Notes: generated from the sequence alone by a model not told the origin. A stretch of 64,000 nt of DNA from Candidatus Eiseniibacteriota bacterium (GCA_963744995.1 CAVUWA010000010.1:1-64000); one strand, 5' to 3'; shown: positions 40,994 to 51,541, counted from the stretch's first letter. A program made the numbers and translations.

Positions 40994-41734
40994 GTGGATC
41001 TCGGACTCGAAGGCCGCGTGGCGATGGTGACCGGCGCCGCTTCCGGCATCGGCGCCGCCGCCGCGCGTGCGCTGGCGGCGGAAGGCTGCGACGTGGCGCT
41101 GGTGGACCGCGCCGGCGCGGCGGCCACCGCGGCCGCGGTGCAGAGCGCGGGCCGCCGTGCGCTCGAGATCGAGACCGACGTGTGCGATCACGCCGGCGCC
41201 GTCGCCGCGGTCGAGCGCACGGTGCGCGAACTCGGCCGGCTCGACGTGCTCGTGTGCAGCGCCGGGATCACCCGCGACGCGGTGCTCAGGAGGATGTCCG
41301 AGCCGCAGTGGGACGAGGTGATCGAGGTCAACCTCAAGGGAGTCTTCAACTACAACCGCGCGGCCGCCGCGGTGTTCGAACGCGCGAAGGCGGGCGCGAT
41401 CGTCAACGTGGCCTCGATCAACGGGCTGCGCGGCAAGCTGGGCCAGTCCAACTACGCGGCGTCGAAGGGCGGCGTGATCGCCTTCAGCAAGTCGCTCGCG
41501 CGCGAACTCGGCCGCTTCCACGTCACGGTGAACGTGGTGGCGCCGGGCATGGTGCTGACCGACATGATGCGTGCGCTTCCCGCGGACGTGATCGAGCGGG
41601 CGATCGACGAGACCGCCACCGGACGTCTCGGCACACCCGAGGAGTGCGGGACGCTGATCGCGTACCTGTGCTCGGCGCGCGCCACCCACATCACCGGCGA
41701 GGTCGTGAAGATCGATGGCGGCCAGTACATGTAG
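40994..41734 (+). CDS. SDR, 3-oxoacyl-CoA/ACP reductase-like
   Basis: TGAASGIG, AGITRD, YAASK motifs. Confidence 0.9.
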   Translation: MDLGLEGRVAMVTGAASGIGAAAARALAAEGCDVALVDRAGAAATAAAVQSAGRRALEIETDVCDHAGAVAAVERTVRELGRLDVLVCSAGITRDAVLRRMSEPQWDEVIEVNLKGVFNYNRAAAAVFERAKAGAIVNVASINGLRGKLGQSNYAASKGGVIAFSKSLARELGRFHVTVNVVAPGMVLTDMMRALPADVIERAIDETATGRLGTPEECGTLIAYLCSARATHITGEVVKIDGGQYM

Positions 41735-41830
41735 TCGTGCGGGGCGCGGCGGGCCGCCGCCCCGCGAAGCGGGCGGGCGCAGCCCGAACCGCGCGCGGCG
41801 GGGCCACCGCCCCCGCGCAGGGAGGATCTC

Positions 41831-42991
41831 GTGAAGGACGTGGCGATCATCGGCGTCGGCCATACCGCGTTCGGGCGGCGTCCCGACGCATCGGTGCAGG
41901 AGCTGGCGTTCGAGGCGTTCGCGGCCGCGCTCGCGGACGCGGGGCTCGAAAAGGCCGCGATCGACGCCTCGGTGATCGCGGCGGTGCCCGAGTACCACAT
42001 GCAGCGCTCGATCGCCGGCGTGGTCCAGGAGTACCTGGGTCTGCTGCCGAAGCCGACGTGGTTGACCGAGGTTGCGTGCGCCTCCGGCAGCGCGGCGATC
42101 CGCTCCGCCTGGCTGTCGATCCGCGCCGGCGTGCACGAAGTCGTCGCCGTGATCGGCTGCCAGAAGATGACCGAGCTTTCGACCGGCGAGGTCCTCTCCC
42201 TCATGGGCCGGGTCGGCGACGTGCAGTGGGAGTCCTGCTACGGCACCACCTTCCCCGCCTACTACGCGCTGTTCGCGCGCCGCCACATGCACGAGTTCGG
42301 CACCACCCGCGAGCAGATGCACGCCGTTGCCGTGAAGAATCACCACTACGGCGCGCTCAACCCGCACGCGATGTTCCGCAAGGAGATCACGCTCGAGAAG
42401 GCCGCGGGCGCCGACGGCGTCGCCGATCCGTTCACGGTCTACGACTGCTGCGCGAACGCCGACGGCGCCGCATGCGTGATCCTCGCCGCCGCGCCGCGCG
42501 TGCCCGCCGGGCGCCCCGCGGTGTGGCTCACCGGCATGGGCGCGGCGAGCGCCAGCATGTCGGTGCTGCGCCGCCCGCATCTGACCGGGCTGCCGAGCGC
42601 CGAGCGCGCGGCCGCCGAGGCCTACGCGATGGCCGGCATCGGCCCGCGCGACGTCCAGGTCGCCGACGTCCACGACTGCTTCACGATCGCCGAGATCATG
42701 GCCTACGAGGACCTCGGCTTCTGTGAGCGTGGCGCGGGCGGCACGCTGATCGAAGACCGCGGCACGTACATCGGCGGGCGTACCGCGGTGAACGTGGACG
42801 GCGGACTCAAGGCCAAGGGACACCCGATCGGCGCGACCGGCGTCTCGATGACGTACGAGATCACCCGGCAGCTCCGCGGCGAAGCCGGCCCGCGTCAGGT
42901 GCCGGACGCGCAGGTCGGCCTCACGCACAACGTCGGCGGCATCGGCCAGTACTGCTTCGTGCAGGTGCTGAGCCGCGAGCGGAGGAGCTAA
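41831..42991 (+). CDS. Thiolase, SCP2/archaeal type
   Basis: EVACASG, HDCF, KGHPIGATG, HNVGG motifs. Confidence 0.9.
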   Translation: MKDVAIIGVGHTAFGRRPDASVQELAFEAFAAALADAGLEKAAIDASVIAAVPEYHMQRSIAGVVQEYLGLLPKPTWLTEVACASGSAAIRSAWLSIRAGVHEVVAVIGCQKMTELSTGEVLSLMGRVGDVQWESCYGTTFPAYYALFARRHMHEFGTTREQMHAVAVKNHHYGALNPHAMFRKEITLEKAAGADGVADPFTVYDCCANADGAACVILAAAPRVPAGRPAVWLTGMGAASASMSVLRRPHLTGLPSAERAAAEAYAMAGIGPRDVQVADVHDCFTIAEIMAYEDLGFCERGAGGTLIEDRGTYIGGRTAVNVDGGLKAKGHPIGATGVSMTYEITRQLRGEAGPRQVPDAQVGLTHNVGGIGQYCFVQVLSRERRS

Positions 42992-42994
42992 GAC

Positions 42995-43480
42995 GTGTTC
43001 AAGTGGTACGGACATCGGAGCCTGACGTCGGCGACGCGGATCGGTGCGTTCGCCGATCATCTGCGCGACGGCCGGATCATGGCGTCGCGCTGCACCGGCT
43101 GCGGCGCACAGGCGTTCCCGCCGCGCGCCGACTGCGACGCCTGCATGGGGCGAACGTTCGAGTTCGTCGAGATCTCGGGACGCGGCCGCGTGCATACGTT
43201 CACCACCATCGAGGCGCCGCCGAAAGGCTTCGAGGCCTGGGCGCCCTACCGCGTCGGCGTCGTCGACCTCGAGGAAGGCGGCCGCATCCTGGCGTGGTTC
43301 GGCGATGCGTTCGCCGCCGGCGACATCGCGATCGGCATGCCGGTGCAGCTCGTGCCGCGCGTGATCGAGGACACCGAGGACATTCATGTGATCTGCACGA
43401 TCGAGCCGCCGGGTGCGACATGGTCGAAACGACCCGCCGCAGCCGGCGTCGCCGCCATCGAGGAGGAGTCCACGCCATGA
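42995..43480 (+). CDS. DUF35 Zn-ribbon/OB-fold thiolase partner
   Basis: CTGC...PPRADCDAC, GRVHTFT, PY.VGVVDLEEG motifs. Confidence 0.9.
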   Translation: MFKWYGHRSLTSATRIGAFADHLRDGRIMASRCTGCGAQAFPPRADCDACMGRTFEFVEISGRGRVHTFTTIEAPPKGFEAWAPYRVGVVDLEEGGRILAWFGDAFAAGDIAIGMPVQLVPRVIEDTEDIHVICTIEPPGATWSKRPAAAGVAAIEEESTP

Positions 43481-44262
43481 CGAACGTCACTCGTTCCGAC
43501 ACCGCCCCCGTGGCGACCGCCGTCGCCGACGGCATCGGGGTCCTCACCCTGCGGCATCCGCCGCTCAACATCCTGACCCGCGCCGTGCTGGACGCGCTGC
43601 ACGCCGCACTCGGCGATCTCGCCGCCGATCCCGCGCTGCGCGTGCTGCTGCTCGCCGCCGAGGGCCCGCACTTCTCCGCGGGGGCCGACGTCGCCGAGCA
43701 CCTGCCGCCGCACGAGCGGGTGCTGATCCCGCACTTCATGGCGACCATCCGCGCGCTCAACGAGTTCCCGCTGCCGGTGATCGCGGCGGTGCGCGGCCGC
43801 TGCCTGGGCGGCGGTTTCGAGCTCGCGCAGGCCGCCGACATCGTCGTCGCCGGCGCCTCGGCGCGTTTCGGCCAGCCGGAGATCGCGCTGGCCGTGACCG
43901 CGCCCGCCGCTTGCGCGCTGCTGCCCGCACGCTGCGGCCGCGGAGCCGCCGCCGCGCTGCTGTTCACGGGCGACCCGGTCGACGCCGAGGCCGCGCGCGG
44001 CACCGGCCTCGTCCACGCGGTGGTCGCCGACGAGACGCTCGAGGAGGAAGCCCGGAGCCTGGCCGGGCGCATCGCGCGCCACAGCCGCGTGGCCCTCGCG
44101 CTCACCAAGAAGAGCATGCGCGGGGCCGCCATGGCCGTCGAGGCCGAAGCGCTGCATCGCACCGAATCCATCTACCTCGGCGAGCTCATGAGCACGGACG
44201 ACGCGCTCGAGGGCCTTCAGGCGTTCGTCGAGAAGCGGAGGCCCGAATGGACGCACCGGTGA
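43477..44262 (+). CDS. dch: Cyclohexa-1,5-diene-1-carbonyl-CoA hydratase (crotonase family)
   Basis: PPLNIL, HFSAGADVAEHLP, CLGGGFEL, GQPEI, YLGELM motifs; operon context. Confidence 0.82.
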   Translation: MTNVTRSDTAPVATAVADGIGVLTLRHPPLNILTRAVLDALHAALGDLAADPALRVLLLAAEGPHFSAGADVAEHLPPHERVLIPHFMATIRALNEFPLPVIAAVRGRCLGGGFELAQAADIVVAGASARFGQPEIALAVTAPAACALLPARCGRGAAAALLFTGDPVDAEAARGTGLVHAVVADETLEEEARSLAGRIARHSRVALALTKKSMRGAAMAVEAEALHRTESIYLGELMSTDDALEGLQAFVEKRRPEWTHR

Positions 44263-45425
44263 ACGCACTCACCTTCCCCGAGTGGCGCGACGAGGACCTC
44301 GGCGGAATCCTCTACCAGTGTCGCGAACTGATGGAGGACGACCGCTTCCCGACCGTCGAGCGCTGGCGCGCCGCGGGCGGCCGCGTGCTCGGACACTTCC
44401 AGGTGTACTTCCCGGAGGAGATCGCCCACGCAGCCGGCATGCTGCCGTTCAAGCTGCGCGGCGCGCCGGTCGAACCGACGCAGGCGGATTCGCGCTTCGG
44501 CTCCTACCTGTGCTCGATCGTCAAGACCTCGCTCGAGATCGTGCTCACGCAGCGGGTGCGCGTGGATCTGTTCGTCACGCTCCCGATCTGCGACGCGGCC
44601 CGCAACCTGTCCGGAATCTGGGGACGCCACTTCGACTTCCCCTGCCAGATCCTCTACCTGCCGCAGAACGCCAACTCGGCGCACGCGGCCGAGTACCTCG
44701 CGGGCGAGTACCGGCGGCTGCAGAGCGTGATCGAGTCGGTCGCCGGCCGTCCGGTCACCGACGAGGCGCTGCGCCGCTCGATCGCCGTCTTCAACGAGAA
44801 CCGCGCCCTGCTGCGCGAGCTGTACCGGATCAAGCGCGAGGCGCCCTGGAAGGTGAGTGCCGAGGACGCGTACGTGCTGGTCGCCGTGGGCGGGATGATC
44901 CCGCGCGAGGAGCACAATGCCCTGCTCGCCCACGTGCTGCCGCTGATCGACGCGCGCGAGGTGAAGGCGCAGGACCGGATCCGCATCGTCTACGAGGGCG
45001 GCTTCTGCGAACAGCCGCCGCTCGACCTGATCCGCGCGATCGGCCGCTCCTGCTACATCGTGGACGACGATCTGATGATCGGCCTGCGCTGGATCCTGGA
45101 CGACGTGCCGGTCGACGGGGAGCCGCTCGTGCGCCTGGCGCAGGCGTACCTGCGCAACTCCTCGCACAGCCCGGTGCAGCACGACCTCGACAAGCCCAAG
45201 GAGACCATGCTGCTGCGCCGCATCCAGGCGGCCGACGCGCAGGCGGCGATCATCACCGCCGCGAAGATGTGCGAGCCGGGTCTCGAGGAGCAGGTGGCGT
45301 ACACGCACGCGCTCGACCGCGCCGGCGTGCCCTACTTCGTGAGCGAGTTCGAGGAGAACATGTCGAGCTTCGAACACCTGGAGATTCAATTGGAGACCTT
45401 CGTCGAGAATCTGCTCTTCGACTAG
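44259..45425 (+). CDS. bcrC: Class I benzoyl-CoA reductase subunit C (HgdB/FldC family)
   Basis: VYFPEEIAHAAG, ICDAARNL, GGFCEQPPLDL, KMCEP; GTGA overlap with dch (alternative ATG at 44247). Confidence 0.85.
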   Translation: MNALTFPEWRDEDLGGILYQCRELMEDDRFPTVERWRAAGGRVLGHFQVYFPEEIAHAAGMLPFKLRGAPVEPTQADSRFGSYLCSIVKTSLEIVLTQRVRVDLFVTLPICDAARNLSGIWGRHFDFPCQILYLPQNANSAHAAEYLAGEYRRLQSVIESVAGRPVTDEALRRSIAVFNENRALLRELYRIKREAPWKVSAEDAYVLVAVGGMIPREEHNALLAHVLPLIDAREVKAQDRIRIVYEGGFCEQPPLDLIRAIGRSCYIVDDDLMIGLRWILDDVPVDGEPLVRLAQAYLRNSSHSPVQHDLDKPKETMLLRRIQAADAQAAIITAAKMCEPGLEEQVAYTHALDRAGVPYFVSEFEENMSSFEHLEIQLETFVENLLFD

Positions 45426-45451
45426 CCCCCGCCGGACCTGAGGAGATGGAA

Positions 45452-46753
45452 ATGGAACCCACTGCAGACCGCTCCAACATCGTCGGACGCGGCAATCGTG
45501 ACGGCGCGGCGCTGTTCCGCGGCTGGTTCGACGAGCTGGGGCGGGCGGCGGACGCGGAGCGCGGCGCGGCCTACGTGTTCGTGATGGGCAGCCTCGGCGA
45601 GCTGTTGCGCACCTTCGACATGCCGGTTGTGTTCCCGGAGATCAATTCGCTGCAGACGGCCGTGCGCCACGTCGCGCACGAGTACCTCGACGAGGCCGAG
45701 GACACCGGCTACTCGCCGGACATCTGCGGCTACGTCAAGGCCGACGTCGCCACGCAGATGCGCGGCGGCCTGCTGCCGATGGGCCGGATCCCGCGCCCCG
45801 CCCTCGCCCTGTGTACGAATGCGTGCAACACGTACATCAAATGGGGCGAGATCTGGGAGCGCATGTACGGCATGCCGATGGTCACGCTCGACATCCCGGG
45901 CTCGCGCGAGGCGTCGCACCATGCGCGGCCCGGCGATTCCGACTTCGAGAACGACCGCCGCTACGTCGCGGGCCAGATCCGCGAGCTGATCCCCCTGCTC
46001 GAGAAGCTCTCCGGCGTGCGGTTCGACGTCGATCGCCTGCGCGAGCACATGGGCTACGCGAACGCGATGAACCGCGACTGGAGCCGGGTGATCGAGCTGA
46101 ATCGCAGCCGTCCCGCGCCGTTCAACGCCCTCTCCGACGGCACGATCTACCTGGGCGTCGCGAACGCCCACCGCGGCACCGCCGAGGGCGCCGCCTACTT
46201 CCGCGATCTCGTCGAGGAAATGACGTTCAAGAGCGAGCAGGGCATCGGCACGATCACCGACGAGCAGTACCGCCTGATCTTCGTCGGCGTCCCGTGCTAC
46301 CCGATCTTCCGCCGGTTCTCCGAGCTGTTCACCGAACTCGGCGGCACGTTCGTCAACTCGACCTACCTGTGGTTCGCCTCGGGTGGATCCAATACCGGCT
46401 TCCAGGCCGATCTCGCCGATCCGATCGAGGGTCTCGCCGAGAGCCTGCTGGTGAGCGTACGCGACGCGATGGACAGCATGTTCTTCCAGACCCGGGCGCT
46501 GCTCGAGATGCGGCGCGAGTTCGGCGCGGACGGCATCGTGTTCCACCCCATCAAGAGCTGCCGCACGGTCTCGACCGGCCTCGCCGACAACCGGCGGGCG
46601 GTCATGGCGGCCGACGACGTGCCGTGCCTGTTCATCGAGTCGGACATGATGGATCGGCGCGTGGTGTCGGAGGCGCAGCTCAAGAACCGGATCGACGCAT
46701 TCTTCGAAGGCCTCACCGCCCGCCGCCGGCAGACGGCCGTCACGGGCACCTGA
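45452..46753 (+). CDS. bcrB: Class I benzoyl-CoA reductase subunit B
   Basis: [34 protein letters not shown] motifs. Confidence 0.85.
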   Translation: MEPTADRSNIVGRGNRDGAALFRGWFDELGRAADAERGAAYVFVMGSLGELLRTFDMPVVFPEINSLQTAVRHVAHEYLDEAEDTGYSPDICGYVKADVATQMRGGLLPMGRIPRPALALCTNACNTYIKWGEIWERMYGMPMVTLDIPGSREASHHARPGDSDFENDRRYVAGQIRELIPLLEKLSGVRFDVDRLREHMGYANAMNRDWSRVIELNRSRPAPFNALSDGTIYLGVANAHRGTAEGAAYFRDLVEEMTFKSEQGIGTITDEQYRLIFVGVPCYPIFRRFSELFTELGGTFVNSTYLWFASGGSNTGFQADLADPIEGLAESLLVSVRDAMDSMFFQTRALLEMRREFGADGIVFHPIKSCRTVSTGLADNRRAVMAADDVPCLFIESDMMDRRVVSEAQLKNRIDAFFEGLTARRRQTAVTGT

Positions 46754-46770
46754 CGCGGAGGAGACGACGT

Positions 46771-47583
46771 ATGGCGTATGCAGCGGGAGTGGATGTCGGC
46801 TCGACGCAGACCAAGGCCGTGGTGATCGACGAAGCCGGCCGCATCGTCAGTCGCGCGCTCACGGCGACCGGCGCCAACGTGATGCGCGCCGCCGAGTCGG
46901 CGTTCCAGACGGCGCTCGAATCCGGGCGTCTGCGCGAGGAGGAGATCGAATACGTGGTCGGCACCGGCTACGGCCGCTACAAGGTCACCTTCGGCAACAC
47001 GCAGGTCACCGAGATCAGCTGCCACGGCCGCGGCGCGGTGAAGATGTTCCCGGGCACGCGCACGGTCGTCGACATGGGCGGCCAGGACACCAAGGCGATC
47101 AAGGTCTCGGCACGCGGCGAGATCGTCGACTTCTGCATGAACGACAAGTGCGCCGCCGGCACGGGACGCTTCCTCGGCGCGGCCTCGGCGGCGCTCGAGA
47201 TTCCGCTCGACGAACTGGGGCCGACGGCGCTCACCGGCGAGCGGCCCGTCAAGATCAGCACGACGTGCACCGTGTTTGCCGAATCCGAGGTGCTGTCGTG
47301 GCTCGGCAAGGGCAAGAAGATCCAGGACATCCTGCTCGGCGTGCACCAGTCGATCGCGATGCGCTCGGCCGGCCTGCTCAGGCGGGTGGGGATTGAGGAC
47401 GAGGTCACCTTCACCGGTGGTGTGGCGCGCAATCCGGCGATGGTGGACGCGCTCGAGCGGCGGCTCGGCACGAAGCTCAACGTGAGCGAAGACTCGCACT
47501 TCATGGGTGCGCTCGGCGCGGCCCTGTTCGGACTCGACCACATCTTCGCGGGTCGCGCGCCGGCGCACGCGAAGCGGAGTTGA
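46771..47583 (+). CDS. bcrA: ASKHA ATPase activator subunit of BCR (short BcrA/BzdQ-like)
   Basis: [41 protein letters not shown]. The A-versus-D assignment is from order and motifs only. Confidence 0.7.
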   Translation: MAYAAGVDVGSTQTKAVVIDEAGRIVSRALTATGANVMRAAESAFQTALESGRLREEEIEYVVGTGYGRYKVTFGNTQVTEISCHGRGAVKMFPGTRTVVDMGGQDTKAIKVSARGEIVDFCMNDKCAAGTGRFLGAASAALEIPLDELGPTALTGERPVKISTTCTVFAESEVLSWLGKGKKIQDILLGVHQSIAMRSAGLLRRVGIEDEVTFTGGVARNPAMVDALERRLGTKLNVSEDSHFMGALGAALFGLDHIFAGRAPAHAKRS

Positions 47584-47585
47584 TC

Positions 47586-48410
47586 ATGGCATTCACTTGC
47601 GGCATCGACATCGGCTCGACGTACACCAAGGCGGTCGTGATCGGTTCGGGACTCGAAATCCGCGGGCGCGCCATGCGGCCGACCGGCTTCCGGCTCGCCG
47701 AGGCCGCGGCCGCGGCGCAGCGCGATGCGATCGAGCTCGCCGGAATCCGCCGCGAAGACGTGCGCTACGTCATCTCCACCGGATTCGGCCGCCACCAGAC
47801 GCCGATCGCCGACATGAAGGTCACCGACCTCACCGCCGCGGCGCGCGGCGCGGCGCGGCTGTTCCCCGGCACCCAGACGATCCTCGACGTCGGCGGCCAG
47901 ACCATGAAGGCCAGCCGCCTCGACGGCCGCGCGCACGTGAAGTCGTTCCGGCTGAACGACAAGTGCGCCGCGGGCACCGGGGCGTTCATCGAGAAGACCG
48001 CCCGCTACATGGGATTTTCGACCGACGAGATCGGGCCGCTGGTCTCGACCTCGAAGGAGCCCACGTCGATCTCCGGCGTATGCGCGGTGTTCGCCGAATC
48101 GGAGGTGATCAACCACCTGTCGCAGGGCGTCGCCCCGGCGGACATCATGCACGGCGCGATCGTGTCGCTGGTCGGACGCTCGCTGCAGCTCATGAAGCGC
48201 GTGAAGATGGAACCCGAGTTCACGCTGATCGGCGGCATTCTGCGCTTCGCGACCATGGCGCAGGTCATCCGCCGGGAGATCGGCGCGCGGGTCAACGTGC
48301 CGCCCGGCGATCTGGTGCAGTTCGTGCCGGCATTCGGTGCCGCGGTGCTCGGTCAGCGCCGGCTCGAGATGCTCGCGGCCGGCGGGCACGGCGCGCGTGC
48401 GACCGCCTGA
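47586..48410 (+). CDS. bcrD: Second ASKHA ATPase activator subunit of BCR (BcrD/BzdP-like)
   Basis: [32 protein letters not shown] motifs. Confidence 0.7.
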   Translation: MAFTCGIDIGSTYTKAVVIGSGLEIRGRAMRPTGFRLAEAAAAAQRDAIELAGIRREDVRYVISTGFGRHQTPIADMKVTDLTAAARGAARLFPGTQTILDVGGQTMKASRLDGRAHVKSFRLNDKCAAGTGAFIEKTARYMGFSTDEIGPLVSTSKEPTSISGVCAVFAESEVINHLSQGVAPADIMHGAIVSLVGRSLQLMKRVKMEPEFTLIGGILRFATMAQVIRREIGARVNVPPGDLVQFVPAFGAAVLGQRRLEMLAAGGHGARATA

Positions 48411-48708
48411 CGAAGGCGGGCCCGGCGATGCGGGCAGCGCCGCCGGGCGGCTCGCCGCGGAGGAGCGGCGCCGCCGCGTCTGGGAGGCGCAGATCCGCCC
48501 CGATCCGGCGCGCCTCGCCGCCGGCTGGGAGCGCCGCTTCCTCGCCGACCCCGTGCGCGCGCGTGAAGCCGCCGAGCTCTACGAGCACATGGGCTTCGAA
48601 GTGGCGCTCGACCCGGTGCGTCCCGAAGACCTCGAGCCCGGCTGCGCCGACTGTGCGCTGGTGAGCGCGGCCGGCTTCCGCATGGTCTACACGCGCCGCC
48701 GCGGCTGA
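48397..48708 (+). CDS. Small hypothetical protein with CxxC (GWERRF...ELYEHMGFEV...CADC...VYTR)
   Basis: In-frame GTG at 48397 overlaps the end of the previous gene; GC-typical codon usage. Confidence 0.7.
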   Translation: MRPPDEGGPGDAGSAAGRLAAEERRRRVWEAQIRPDPARLAAGWERRFLADPVRAREAAELYEHMGFEVALDPVRPEDLEPGCADCALVSAAGFRMVYTRRRG

Positions 48709-48906
48709 CGGGCCGACCGCCGGCCTGACGGGATTGCAGCCGCGGTCGCGGGGCGCTGGGACGCAGCGGCCGGCCAACCTGCTGTCGCGGGAGCCCTTGC
48801 CAGGGACGGGCCGCTGCCCGGCGCATGGCCCGAACGATGCAGCAGGTGACGCGCCGGGCCCCCGTGCCGGGCGGCGCGGGGAGCCGGCCCTCGGAAGGAG
48901 GATCCC

Positions 48907-49857
48907 ATGCGCGGATCGTTCGCGCCCGCCCTCGATGTGCCGTCGCGGCGCGCCGATCTCACCGCCGGCCTGGGCCGCCTCGCCGACCCGAAGATCTCGC
49001 TGGCGTCGTTCGCCGCGATGCTGCTCGGCACGGCGCTCGCCTCGGCCGCGGGCCCCGTGCACGGCGGCTGGCTGCTCGTGACGCTGCTCGCGGTGTTCGC
49101 CGTGGAGGTCGCCAAGAACGCCTCCGGCGAGGTGTTCGACTTCGACTCGGGCGCGGATCTCGCCGTGCGGCCCGAGGACCGCAGTCCATTCTCGGGCGGC
49201 AAGCGCGTCCTGGTGGACAGGGTCCTGACGCGCGGCCAGACGATCGGCATCGCCGCCGCCGGCTACGCGGCAGCGATCGCGCTCGGCCTGCTGATCGCCG
49301 CGTTCCGCGAGCCCGCGGTGATCGGCCTCGGCGTGAGCGGCGTCGCACTCGCGTACTTCTACCACGCGCCGCCGTTTCGGCTCGCCTATCGCGGCTTCGG
49401 CGAAACCGCGGTGGCGCTCTGCTATGGCCCGCTGATCGTCGGCGGCACCTACCTCGTGCAGCGTGGCACCCTGCCGCTCGGAGTGCTCGCGATCGCGGCG
49501 CCGCTCGGGCTGCTGATCGCCGCGTTCCTGATCGCCAACGAGTTCCCCGACGTGGCCGCCGACCATGCCGCGGGCAAGCGCACGCTGGTGGTACGGCTCG
49601 GCCGGCGCCGGGCGGGCCGGCTGTTCGCCGAGTGCGTCGTGCTCGCGTTCGCGCTGCTGCTGATCCTGCCTGCCTTCGGCGTCACGCACTGGATCTGGCT
49701 CGGCCTCGTCGCGGCCGTGCCCGCGCACGCCGCGGCGCTGCGCCTGCTGGAGGGCCCGGTCGAGATCCGGCGGATCGTGCCGGCGCAGCGCATGGCGCTG
49801 CTCGCGTTCGTGCTGCTCGCGCTCGGCATGAGCGCCGGAGCGTGGCTCGCCGCGTGA
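48907..49857 (+). CDS. UbiA-superfamily prenyltransferase (MenA-like)
   Basis: N..GEVFDFDSGAD, PFSGG, Y.APP..LAYRGFGE, NEFPDVAAD.AAGKRTL; multi-TM; AGGAGG RBS. Confidence 0.88.
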   Translation: MRGSFAPALDVPSRRADLTAGLGRLADPKISLASFAAMLLGTALASAAGPVHGGWLLVTLLAVFAVEVAKNASGEVFDFDSGADLAVRPEDRSPFSGGKRVLVDRVLTRGQTIGIAAAGYAAAIALGLLIAAFREPAVIGLGVSGVALAYFYHAPPFRLAYRGFGETAVALCYGPLIVGGTYLVQRGTLPLGVLAIAAPLGLLIAAFLIANEFPDVAADHAAGKRTLVVRLGRRRAGRLFAECVVLAFALLLILPAFGVTHWIWLGLVAAVPAHAAALRLLEGPVEIRRIVPAQRMALLAFVLLALGMSAGAWLAA

Positions 49858-49902
49858 CGCGCGGCCGCGCGGCGCCGGCGGGTGCCGCGCCCGGCGCCGG
49901 GC

Positions 49903-50400
49903 TCAGGCCCGGGCCGGAGCCTCGGCGAGCAGGGCTTCGAGATCCAGCGGCTCGGTGACCATGGCGACTTGGCCCCGCGGATCGCGGGGCCACTCCGACT
50001 CCGGGCGGTCGCGGTAGAGCTCGAGCCCGTTGCCGTCCGGATCCCGCAGGTAGAGCGCTTCGCTCACGCCGTGGTCCGCCGCACCGTCCAGGCGGACGCC
50101 CGCGGCCGCGAGGCGCCGCAGCGCGTCGGCCAGTGCCGCGCGGTTCGGATACAGGATCGCCACGTGGTAGAGCCCCGTCGTACCGCGCGGCGGCGGCGCT
50201 CCGCCGCGGCTCTCCCAGGTGTTGAGCCCGATGTGGTGGTGGTAGCTGCCGGCGGCGACGAACGCCGCGCCGTTTCCCATGCGGCCGGTCAGCCGGAAGC
50301 CGAGCACGCCGCAATAGAAGTCGAGCGCGCGGTCGAGTTCGGCCACCTTGAGGTGGACGTGACCGATGCGCGTGGCGGGATCGATGGGCCGTTCGGTCAT
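49903..50400 (-). CDS. VOC/glyoxalase family protein (CatE-like)
   Basis: RIGHVHLKV, YHHHIGLNTW, GLYHVAI, DHGVSEALYLRDPDGNGLE motifs. Confidence 0.9.
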   Translation of the reverse strand: MTERPIDPATRIGHVHLKVAELDRALDFYCGVLGFRLTGRMGNGAAFVAAGSYHHHIGLNTWESRGGAPPPRGTTGLYHVAILYPNRAALADALRRLAAAGVRLDGAADHGVSEALYLRDPDGNGLELYRDRPESEWPRDPRGQVAMVTEPLDLEALLAEAPARA

Positions 50401-50446
50401 GGCGTTCCTCCGCGCGCACCCATCGCCCGCCGGCCGGTCACGCGGC

Positions 50447-51361
50447 TCAGGCCGCGGACTGCTCCTCGCCCGGCGTCGTGTCCGCCTCCGCAACGGGAAG
50501 CAGGCGGGCGAGCCGCTCCGGCGTGCCCAGATCGGTCCAGCCGCACGCGGGCACGGCCATGACGCGCAGGCGCGCGGACGACAGCTGCAGCACCTCGCGG
50601 CTGAAGTCGTGCGCTTCGATGGCGCGGTAGAGCGCGGCCAGCGCGGCGGCGGAACCGCCGGCGAGGACGTTGTGCATGGCCGCGAGCAACCGCGGCATGC
50701 GCTCCTCGTAGGTGTCGAGCAGGGTCCTTGCGAATGTGGTGAACATGAAGCTGTTCCACAGGGCGCCCCGTGCCATGAGGCGGATCGCCTCCAGCTCGAC
50801 GGGTTTTTCTACGAAGGCCGCGACCGGATGCGTCGCCGATTCGTCGGACGCGTCGGGCAGCACCCAGCCGTACTCGCTGTCGGGGGATGTGGGCGTGATG
50901 CCGAGCAGGATGATCGAGTGCGGATGGCGGCTGAGGGCGCGCTTCGACTCGTTCACCGAACGGTGCAGGGTCGCTTCGTCCTCGACGTGATGGTCGGACG
51001 GCAAGACCACGACCGTGGCGTGCGGGTCGCGCTGGTGGATACGCAGCAGCGGCAGCAGGATCCCCGCGGCGGTGCCGCGGTTCTCCGCCTGAACGACGAG
51101 GTTCTCGGCCGGCAGCGCGTCGAGTTCCCGCTCCCACCATTCGCGGTGCCGCTCGGCGACGACCGCCATGACGCGGTCGTGCGGGGCGAGCTGCAGCGCG
51201 CGATCCAGCGTCCGTCCGAGCAGCGAGCGCCCGGTTCCGAAATCGCAGTACTGCTTGGGAACGGCACGCCCCGCGGCATCACGCGTGATTCCCTGCAGAC
51301 GCCGACCGTCACCGCCCGCGAGCAACAACACCCATGTGTCCACGTCCATCCCCCTCGTCAT
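50447..51361 (-). CDS. Sugar-phosphate nucleotidyltransferase (mannose-1-P guanylyltransferase-like)
   Basis: LLAGGDGRRL...PKQY, NRGTA, PSDH, FVEKP, WNS, GWTDLG motifs. Confidence 0.88.
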   Translation of the reverse strand: MTRGMDVDTWVLLLAGGDGRRLQGITRDAAGRAVPKQYCDFGTGRSLLGRTLDRALQLAPHDRVMAVVAERHREWWERELDALPAENLVVQAENRGTAAGILLPLLRIHQRDPHATVVVLPSDHHVEDEATLHRSVNESKRALSRHPHSIILLGITPTSPDSEYGWVLPDASDESATHPVAAFVEKPVELEAIRLMARGALWNSFMFTTFARTLLDTYEERMPRLLAAMHNVLAGGSAAALAALYRAIEAHDFSREVLQLSSARLRVMAVPACGWTDLGTPERLARLLPVAEADTTPGEEQSAA

Positions 51362-51541
51362 CGGCCGATCCAGGCGCGCGGTTCACCGGGACCGCGCCCG
51401 AGCGCGCCGGGGCGGCCGCGACCTGCGACCGCGTTCCGCCATGGGCAGCGGGGCTCGCTCTTCACACCCAAGATAGGCGCCTCGGGCATGGCGTGCTGCA
51501 AAGTGTGTGTCACGCCTGCGGGGTGTGCCGCGGCGGGGCGA

